In this document: in pieces, positions 55,001-64,000 of the stretch
Position numbering within the stretch: the first letter of the stretch is position 1
Layout: every line of letters begins with the position of its first letter
Assembly: GCA_051362555.1 (NCBI GenBank)
Contig: CM120646.1
Coordinates: forward strand, 16,058,001-16,122,000
DNA: 64,000 nucleotides
From: Lingula anatina
Taxonomy: Eukaryota; Animalia; Brachiopoda
Reading direction: 5' to 3'
Notes under the pieces: generated by a model
What the model saw: only the letters and a program-made list of their open reading frames with translations
Database searches by the model: none
Told to the model about the DNA's origin: nothing
Position numbers and translations under genes: made by a program

Positions 55001-57393
55001 AACTGATATTTACTTATACAAATTACCCATACTCAACATCGTGCACATAGTATAATATAACAAATTATTCAGTTCAATGAAATATTGAAATATAAATACC
55101 ATGAATTGCTTTCATTTTAGAGATAAAACTAATATAAAGAAGTGGACATTAAAATATTTATGAATTAGGCTTCAAAGTTGAATCAAAATTAATTACTGCA
55201 GAGGGATAAAGCTACTTTAAAGCCGTTTACTGCCTTTAAAAGTCAGAACCCTACTATTTTTGGGTAAGAAATTGAAATGAGATTTTGCTTGATGGGTGGG
55301 ATCCCCCCATAATTCGTTTTAATATTTAATCAGTTCTGTCTTTCATGATACCATCCAGTTGGGAAAGGTCTCTCCCAATTACTTTATTAGTGGCGTTTAT
55401 AACACTGAGAAGTTTTTTCCCGTTCCTCCAATGTAGCCTTACCATACCAGCTGGTAATACCAAACGTTTAGATGCTCTCAATAAAACAGCTCAAAAAATG
55501 ACTAAAAACGGTCTCATTATCTGTAAATGTTCTAAGTGAAAAGTGCAGCCTTTGTCTTGCTTTCCTTGTGAAAATGGGGATTTTCACTGTAAAAAAAGTA
55601 CGCTGTAATCCGTCCTTTATTTAATTCCGTCAGCTTCGGGCCATTTTCAGATATATCATTTCCCTGTATGTCAGTATGTTAATACGTACTGCTCTGGGTG
55701 ATATTTTGCTGCCACCTCATTTTTGCTACCCATTACGGTTATTTCCAAATTCATTTATATCATATGAAAATAAGCTGAACAAACAAAAATTGCGGATTTA
55801 TATCCTTGTTAGTCACCAGACATACTTATTTAGACATGCAGAGAATGAGTAAAAAAACTTAGTGGAGAACGGATTTGAAAATAAATAGCTTAAATAAAAA
55901 GCAGACAAGAACTTCATAAAATATGAGACAGCAGTTCTTGGGCATAGTAAGGTTTCACAAGACAGCCAGCCTAGTCTTGATGCTCTAAATGGTCGTCACA
56001 CCCTCTAGAATTTGAGATCTCAATAATGTTGTCTATAGGTTTTATATTTTGGATTCTGTCTTCTCCATAGTAACCAATGGCCATTTGACAAATATGAGCA
56101 CATGTCACCGGTTGGCAGCCCCAAAGTTAAGAGAGGGGTGTGCACTTGCAATATTCCTCAACACCTTTTGCTTGCAGCATGGCAATGCTACTCTCTTACA
56201 GCCCACTTGGTAACGGAATTTATAAACGAAAACTACATTCTGCTCATGGACCAAACCTACAAAAGCACAACTGAACTTCTTCGAGACGAATTGTGGAGAG
56301 TTGTATATAGGAGAAACCAATACCCAGCAAATTTACAATAGTTGAGACAAGCTTTGACACAAGAGTGGAACACAATCCCCCAGCAAAGATCAGTGGCACT
56401 AGTGTACAACATGCAACGCCACGTATTGGGTCTTTATCGTACATGTGGGGGTCACACCCGCTACTGATGGGTACAATTCTATACTTGTCTTAATAAAGAA
56501 ATGTAAAAAGAATTTTGAAAGTTTGAGTTCATTTTCAGGGGCTACATTAAAAATACCCAGGAAGTGTGTTTTTTGTTTCCTTTGCATGTCAGGGCATAAA
56601 ACATTTTGTATCTGCAATGATGATACAAGTAAAGAATAAAGAAAAGTTGACATTTGTGGCAGTGTATTGTTGGACATAAATACCGAGAGAAAGCACTCGC
56701 ATTTCATCGAAAATAAAAATCCTAAAAGCAAATAAAGCGTATATCGCCACGGTCACATAACACCTTAGGTATGTAGCCTATATAGGCCTATAAGTCAAAT
56801 GTTAAATTACCTGTATATTTCAAGCTTTTACTTTAGCTCCCATTAAGAAATAAATTACATCAAGTCAAGCCGCTTAAATATCTTAAAGCAATAATAACTC
56901 ATTGTTTTGGCCAAAAAATGAATTTTCCTGGAGTAAACATCAATTTTCCCATACTTACCAATGGCTAATGAATCCATTTTTACATTCAAAGATGGTCCCT
57001 GGTTTTTTTCTAAAAAGTTTGGTTTTTTGTTAAAATCTCTTAAGAGATTTTAACAGAGTATAGACATCAATGGAGGTCACGTGGTCTAAAGACAAGTTCA
57101 GATATCAGAATAATAGTTATAACTGCTGTTTTTGTGGTAAAACAGAATAAATTATATTTCTATGAGTTATTCACAAGGTTTTTATTGTGAAATATAGATC
57201 TCATACGAAGAGTTATTATCCCTTTAACCGATAACATGCGTAGAATTCTTATCGGGGACAGATATAAGTCCATACGCTTACCTTCGAAATAAAAAAGAAA
57301 TGCTGAAATGTAAACAAACGAAGCAGTCACCAATACACACAGCAAGAGCAGTGAGGTTCTTCGTATTCTACATCCACCCACTTTGACCCTCAT
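52031..57393 (-). CDS. Type II membrane multi-domain glycosyltransferase (~1008 aa): degenerate GT32-like + polysaccharide pyruvyltransferase-like + GT32 alpha-1,4-glycosyltransferase (A4GALT/A4GNT-like)
   Basis: Exon 1 57282-57393 (MRVKVGGCRIRRTSLLLLCVLVTASFVYISAFLFYFE, basic tail + TM, G|gtaagc) splices in phase to exon 2 52031-54945 (ctttctag|AT). Motifs: NTPLDDF and LWTFGGLFIDLP; NAGDEIQTLAA, VGARD, SACLTL, LVLTSRIHSALPCVAMGIPVVFV; ETDLIRIVLLYLHGGIYMDTD, LNGAVLKF, NGPSLLTRV, FYPI, AVHLYNK. Confidence 0.88.
55830..56467 (+). mobile_element. Decayed, internally deleted Tc1-family transposase (fossil) in the glycosyltransferase intron
   Basis: Translation ...ELLRDELWRVVYRRNQYPANLQ*LRQALTQEWNTIPQQRSVALVYNMQRHVLGLYRTCGGHTRY* ends with the Tc1 C-terminal signature GGHTRY (stop 56465-56467). 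Left boundary approximate. Confidence 0.8.
56923..57155 (+). repeat. Dispersed ~230-bp repeat, copy 2
   Basis: Similar to 47210-47435, same orientation. Confidence 0.75.
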
Positions 57394-57555
57394 CTCTGTA
57401 CATGTAGATATTACCCGACAATGTACAATGAAAAAAAAAGTCTTTTTCGTTTCAGTGGACGCCGTTTGCCAGCTTCGTCCCCACTGTGCAGGCCAGGCGT
57501 CTGCAGCCACCAACAGCTAAAACTGTTCAGGTTGAAGGACGCTGTAGGCTAAATG

Positions 57556-57699
57556 TACCCTCTACCAGGGCGACATACTGATTTTCCACAGATATTCACC
57601 GATACATGTATGTCTCTAGATAAATAGACAGTCATTTTGGTCTGATGTCGATTCAGCAAAAAATGCCCACAATAATAACCGCGGCCCTGGTAGAGGGTA
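57556..57699. mobile_element. 144-bp MITE with perfect 16-bp TIRs and a near-perfect 9-bp flanking duplication
   Basis: taccctctaccagggc / gccctggtagagggta; flanks ggctaaatg (57547-57555) and gggtaaatg (57700-57708); absent from the paralogous region near 61505. Confidence 0.8.
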
Positions 57700-58619
57700 G
57701 GGTAAATGTGGGACTGCCTTGTTCGTATGTTGCCTTGTTGTAGTGCTTCTGTTATTGGCAGTCTATGAGTTCATGTTGCGCCATTCCAAGTTTACTTTAA
57801 GGACATGAACATCTATCCCGAAGCTTTCTTTGAAATGCAGAACGATACACGGAACCCTATATTTTTCTTTATTTTTGCATTGCTGATCAAAAGATTGACA
57901 ACAGGTATATAGACAGGTGGCATTGGCTTCAGGTGTAGATTCATTCCTGTTGAAGTACCTTGAAGCGTATAATGTACATGTAGATAGCACACGGTTAAGG
58001 GATAATAGCCTGCCCGCTGCAGATAAGACCAACAGAACTATTGTAGTTACCAACAAAGATATGACGAACAACCATGTCCAACAACCACGTCCTACAGATG
58101 ACTTAATGGACTCTGCCCTATGCCCAAAATTTCGACCTACATAAAATTTCTCTTTTGCTATAATTATATACCACCAGTCTGGCGTTGCCAAAAGGTAGCA
58201 ACGCCGTGTAAAGGTCCACTGAAGGCAAGTGATAAACTCACTCATTTACAATGTACATATTATGTTTATATAATCAGTCATTGTTATCATTCGCTTTGCT
58301 TCTGTCTTGCATGAATATTTATCATTCTCTGTATAACTAAGTAAGCATGGGGCAAATGCATATCTGATAAGTAGAAACTACTGCATTACAATTAGTATTT
58401 AAATGAGTTGCTGCCACTGTGGCATGCAGATAGATTCCCTGTAGATATTGGGTATAAATGCTGAATGCTTGGACTTAATAAAGGACTTTTAGACTTGGAA
58501 CTGAAGATGTGAGTTTGTAGTTATATTCCCTCTCCCATGCATCAGTGACAAGTAAAATATTAGAAGAACCTGGGTAGGGTGGAACATGGACCCCTACAGC
58601 CGGCCGTCCAACATCAGCT

Positions 58620-61530
58620 ACTGTAGCTCTCCACCTTGGCGGTTTGCTTTAACACTCGAAATTAAACAGACTGGAGTATTAGTCTAAGATATTTCTTGAG
58701 TCAGATGCTTCAACTGATATTCATTTGCACAAATTAGCCACACAGGCAATCAACAATGTCCAGTTGTATTAACGATATTAAATACCTAATTAAATATTTC
58801 GCTTTCATTTCATCGTATTTTATTGGGAGAGACCATTTTCTGTGTTTATCTGAGTCTAGACTCGTTTTGCTCTAGTGCATTGAGCGGTGTTGCGCTGTAT
58901 CTATACAGTAATACATGTACCAGATCGGCCGAAGCCTCCTTTTCACCTTTATTTTCCCAAACTACATCGATCTGTTGACAACTGACAAGTGTTAGCAATA
59001 CCTAAGGGCAGTTGGAAAATAGTAGCAGTAGTTTGAATATGTTTTGAAATTTCCTCCTTTTTAGCCAGGTTTGGGAGTTAATAAGCTTCGTGACCACGTG
59101 GTCTGGTGACGACATACAAGCCACCGGAGGAGAGAGCCTGCTTGTTAAGAAAGCTGTCAAACTGAGCTACCATTATCAACCTGTAAGATGACTTTTCAAA
59201 CTACTGAAAACAATTCATACCTATTCACCTGTCTTACCTGAGGGGTTAAGATCCTCGTAAAGTCAAGTGCCCGTCTATTCAATTATTTCACTGGCGGTTA
59301 TCCCAACTAGTATAAAATACTGCATTCGAATGACTTGAGGGTATTTTGATCATTTTAATGATTTAAAAATATGAGGTCCATGTTATTTTACCCCGAGTAA
59401 AGCTAGCTTGCTCAATATACCTTTTCATGTGTTGGCTTTACAGTGTATTGCTGATATGGGTCACATATGAAATCAAGACCGAGCTGGCAATACCGAAATC
59501 TAGAACCTAGGGTATGTTATTTGTGAAAATCAATTTGTCAATAAATTGGAAAATACACATTCCATAATATGTAAAAACAGTTTTTCTCTTTTCTGGCATT
59601 ATAAAAGGATAAGGAGTTTGGTAACTCAAGCCTCAGATTTGTGAATGTGAGCACGAATGCCCAGATTGGCGATTCGAGCCACGGATTTAGCATTGACATG
59701 AATAATTTACCCTCTACCAGGGCCACAGATTGATTTTCCACTAGGTATTCACAGATATGTCTCTGGTTAAAATTGAAGGTAATTCTCTGCATTGTACAAT
59801 GATAAATTCTACATATATACTGTAAGTGCCAGATTCCTTGCTTTAGATTTACAAGGTGTAAGTGCTAGATTCCATGTTTTAGATATACAAGGTATGAGTA
59901 GTTTTCATGACTTGCGTGAGTAGCGCACCTGTTTTGAATGTAACCGAGTCATAACGCTACAGGATTTTGCACAAGTAGGGTCTCTCCTGCATTTTACCGT
60001 TATTTCCAACGTTGTATGGTGTATTGTTACAGTTCTACGGAGAAATCATAACGTAAGTCTTTATATTATCAAAATATATTTGAGCATTGTATTTATTAGT
60101 TTTCTGTATAAATGATAAAGGTAAAATCTTGGTATATTAGCTAGAGCACCTGGTAGGGTGTGGCCATTAGTATGAAATACAGTAAATGTAAAATACGCGA
60201 ACGCATTAGTATAATTGTCAACTGTAAAGCCTTGCTGTAATTCAGTATTTAACGTTTTAATTAAAATTGTATTATGGTAATTGTATTATAAGGTAAATTT
60301 CATATTATTTGTGCTTATTGAATAGATAACAGATTCAAGTCTCGCTATATAAAGCCGACTTTATGTAATGTTCAATATATCTAGTAAAATACAGTTATGT
60401 ATTTGATGTATGTAATTTAAATATTCAGATGTACATGTATAAGTATTTGTATAGTTTCCTTTATTTATTTATTTATTTATTTATTTATTGTTTTCTTTCC
60501 TAGATTATGTACCTTGCTTGCTGACTTGCTGACTTGATGATTTGCTGATACACTGACTTATCCATTTGCTGTACCGACATAAGAGATGTGAATGGCAAAA
60601 TGTTAACTGAACTGAACGTTGAAATAAAGCATGAGTTACATATATTCTCCACTGTCTCAACGATTTCACATATACTATGCAACCCGGGTAAAGGGTATGA
60701 AAAATGCAGAATGGTTTCTCTTTCCTCCATCAAATAAGATTGGTATAACTGGCACTTATGTCTATGCTCGTAGAAGATTATTCTCACTTTTCTCACAGAT
60801 GAAAATATGACCTTTTGAACTCATGCAAACGTGTGCGAGAGGTGAAACATGACTCCTCCTTTCTTGTTAAATGTTGGATTATTCAGCAGTTCCTAAATAG
60901 GTTTACTTGCACATGGGACTATTTCTAGCCGCATGACAATATATAAGGCAACCAGTCCATCCATCTGCTAAATGTCTCGTGTTGAGACCGTAACGTCGGT
61001 CAGTTGCTAAAGGTAAGTTCCAGTATCAGAGTTATACATACATTTCATTCCAATTCTAATGGATGACTATAAACATTCAATCATACGTAAAGTGTAAATT
61101 AAGGGTTTAATTACATGTACATTTCAGCTGAGACTTCGTCTGCTTTAATAGCTCCATCACCAAGGTAACCTGTTAAAATATCTATAAGCGCGATATCATG
61201 CGCACTGCATGTGTAAAGATACTAGAACATATGGTTACCTTCGAATTCAAAAAGACGCAGTAAAATGTTGACAAATGTAGCAGTCGCCAATAGCCTCAGC
61301 AACAGCAGCGAGGTCGTCCTTTTCCGACGTTTACACACTTTGACCCCCATCTCTACAGATATTAGGCTACCCCGCAATGTACAATTAATTTTTTTCCTAA
61401 ATTCTTTTTACGTTGAATGAACGCCGTTTGCCAGCTTCGTCGCCAACGTACAGGCCAGGGCGTCTGCAGCCACCAACAGCTAAAGCTTTTCAGGTTGAAG
61501 AACGCTGTAAATGTGGAAGTGCGTTGTTAG
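58620..61530 (-). pseudogene. Partial tandem duplicate of the 5' end of the glycosyltransferase gene (upstream region, exon 1, intron end, first ~13 codons of exon 2); its exon 1 could alternatively act as an alternative first exon
   Basis: 61239-61350 is a 112-bp paralog of exon 1 (MGVKVCKRRKRTTSLLLLRLLATATFVNILLRLFEFE, G|gtaacc); 61350-61530 matches 57393-57545 and 57700-57725; 58680-58745 matches 54970-55035; 58620-58660 gives SSVKANRQGGELQ* versus SRDQAKHPGDELC. Confidence 0.75.
59708..59770. mobile_element. Truncated second copy (left end only) of the 57556-57699 MITE
   Basis: taccctctaccagggc..a...tgattttccac...tattcac.gata..tgtctct matches the left half of the MITE. Confidence 0.65.
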
Positions 61531-62540
61531 CGAGGGTGTCATATATAGCTGGTGCTAGAGCACTCTCACGCTAGACTCCACCGTTCCCCTTGCGTGATAT
61601 CCATGTAATTATTGCAACATTCGCGACTGGTTCTTCCAAAACAGTTTTATGAAAAATTATGTAAAGCGCTCACAGCATCACATCAATGCAAATAAAGTAT
61701 TGTTTAATGTTATCAACTCCAAACAGTGTCCTGATCCCCCCTTCGATTTCTGAAAAAAAAAAAAAAAACAAAACACCAATGGTCCCCTCTTGAAATTAGG
61801 GGGCCACGAAAATGGTCAAGACTAACCAGGTAAAAAGCATATTAGTGAGATGCGTGTAAAAATAAAATATGCCTTATTTGCATTTACTTGCATTTTACCT
61901 TTCATATACAACTACCAAGCGCCGTGAAAACAATCCTGTAGCGTTACCTGTAAAAAACTCGTATTTACACGAGTGACGGCCTCTTTCTCTCGACACTTTC
62001 TTTCTCCTCTTAATTGCGGTTAAACGTAATCGCCTTTGTTAGCGCTTCCTACTACATATCCTTGACACCGTACTCGGCACCAGTAGGCTAGGGACCTGTC
62101 CAGATGTGGAACAAGACTACAGATATGGATATCAGGGATTTTGGAGGAAATTGTTTGTTTGAAAGTTACCGTCTATTGAAGTGAATAACCCATTGAAATG
62201 TGGGGTAATTTAACATAAAAGACGATCAAATCAAAAGGAAATAGCTTAAGACAATCCCCTGGTTTCCTTTTGGAGTGCTTTCACCTCGTTTGAATCAGTT
62301 AAATAGCTGTCTTGGTCATGGAGAAAATCCAAAACCGATAACGGTATTTTTTCCCCAAAAATGGCGCAACAGCGTCATTCGTTGGACACTGCACTTCATC
62401 CCTGTCTTAAATTGGCCTTTGGGAAGTATGTTTTTTTTATAAAAACCTATAAGAATAGGCCATTGTTTCTATGCCTTTGGTCGTTTTACTACTACTACTA
62501 CCCTTAAGTTCCTTTCCAAAGTTCGGATGTTCTGCTTTAA

Positions 62541-62719
62541 GTCTGCATTCCCACAGAGTTTTAGATCGATCTATCCCCCTGAAATGTCTGTCCCGCCTAC
62601 TAAAAGCTGTAAGGGGGTAATTAACTATAGTGCACGCTCGGCTGACAGCAATTTAGCGTGAACCCCCAGGGACTTAGACGGATCCAGACGGATCGATCTA
62701 AATTAGTGGGAATGCAGTC
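62541..62719. mobile_element. PIF/Harbinger-type MITE candidate
   Basis: TIRs gtctgcattcccac / gtgggaatgcagtc (13/14 match), inner inverted tttagatcgatc / gatcgatctaaa, and TAA on both flanks (62538-62540, 62720-62722). Confidence 0.65.
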
Positions 62720-64000
62720 TAAGGCTTCCCGTAGACCAAAACCAGATTGCCCACACCACAGCTAGCCAATACACCCCATACCATGACTTATGTGGGGTGC
62801 GACTTGTCGGCCAGAGGCAGAAAATTTTGAAAGGCACTTCTTTCCAGCTGTTTTTATTTGAACCCTAACGCGTCCATCGTTTTTGATAACACTGAACCTG
62901 CTTTAAACTGGGAACAGTACCATTTCCCAGTTGTTGGCCGGTGTCCTTGCCATCTGACTCGACGTAGCGGTTCCTGGCAGTGATCACTGGTCTCCTAACA
63001 GCGTGTCTGTAGACATTTTACTACGTAGAGTTTTCTGGTATTCAGTGTGATTTCATGTGTTAATTTATTTTAACACCTGTTTTAGTACAGTTCACACTAA
63101 AAGTAGACCATGCCAATAGGCCTACATGATTGCATCGCTTTATCGACTGACTTGTCTTCAATGAAAAGTTTTCTGGACTAAAAGTTGTACTCACAATTGT
63201 TCCTAATGTACTTCCTCGTGTTCTGTACAACTTGTTTCAAGATAAAACATTGTTAGTCATTGTGCTCGAATGTGCCAGACACATCAAACACATAGCACTG
63301 GAGGCTGTCTCACCTGTAGCATTAACGATATTGTTAATGTCCACATTTTCCAATGGCATATCCGATCATTTTAATTATTTGCAAACGCAAGAAACTCATG
63401 AGATACGACAGAATCCCTTTGGTAATCCCACGTGTAATCTATTCATGTGTGCACGAAAATTTCACAAATCACGTTATTTCGTAGGATGGACGTGCTTGTG
63501 CCAAAGGTTATGGAGGGGGACAGTAAAACCTGTAATGCCTTTATACGATTTTCCGATATGACTAAAAGCGACAAAAGCATGTTGAAGGTAGGCCTAAACG
63601 GTTTAGTTCCCTGTAATCTCTGAAGCTCAGACCGATGCAATACACCTTTTGTATAATTAGCGTTGAAGTTGCATTGATGTGTCTTGATATTAATTAAATT
63701 CTCGTGAAGAAAATCAAAAGCGAAACGAGGAAGTAAAATGTAGCCTATTTACGTGGATTTCGCCAAAGCAATAGGCCTACTTTTCTTAAAGGAAGCTAGA
63801 TCTGTATAAAAATTGACTATGTCTCCAAGCTAATTGAATTAATTAATGGAACGACAAATACTTCTAATGTACTTTCGAAGCGTAAAACAATCATAGTATA
63901 TTGACGTTTTGAAAATAAAGAAGTCTCTTGGTTGAGTAGCATGGAGAAGGAACCAACATTGTAGGCTACAAATAGTCCAAAAGCCTATTTTATAGAAAAA

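Noticed and set aside
60500-60796. 98-aa minus-strand ORF
   Set aside because: No recognisable motif or splice support; possibly decayed transposon sequence but not supportable.
63232-63640. Overlapping short ORFs near the right edge
   Set aside because: No motifs and non-ATG starts; consistent with chance ORFs.

Overview
AT-rich, intron-rich animal genomic DNA; the repeat types and gene content suggest a lophotrochozoan, plausibly a mollusc (inference only). Left to right: (1) a very large minus-strand MUC4-like mucin gene with a signal-peptide exon at ~28.5 kb, a single 15.6-kb Thr/Asp-rich repeat exon, then NIDO-AMOP-VWD exons running off the left edge; (2) a divergently transcribed secreted protein made almost entirely of 8-aa (G/A)SAVETTA repeats; (3) ZPR1 (minus, with a U12-type intron) head-to-head with TOMM40 (plus), whose third intron holds a Helentron-type non-autonomous element with a 146-bp satellite; (4) a tRNA-Val(AAC); (5) a two-exon type II membrane glycosyltransferase of ~1008 aa with a degenerate GT32-like domain, a polysaccharide pyruvyltransferase-like domain and an intact GT32 alpha-1,4-glycosyltransferase domain, plus an upstream partial duplicate of its 5' end. 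Two decayed Tc1 transposases, several MITE-like elements and microsatellites fill the introns. The pyruvyltransferase-GT32 fusion in an animal is the most unusual object. All gene models were read by eye from splice signals and phases; no database search was run.
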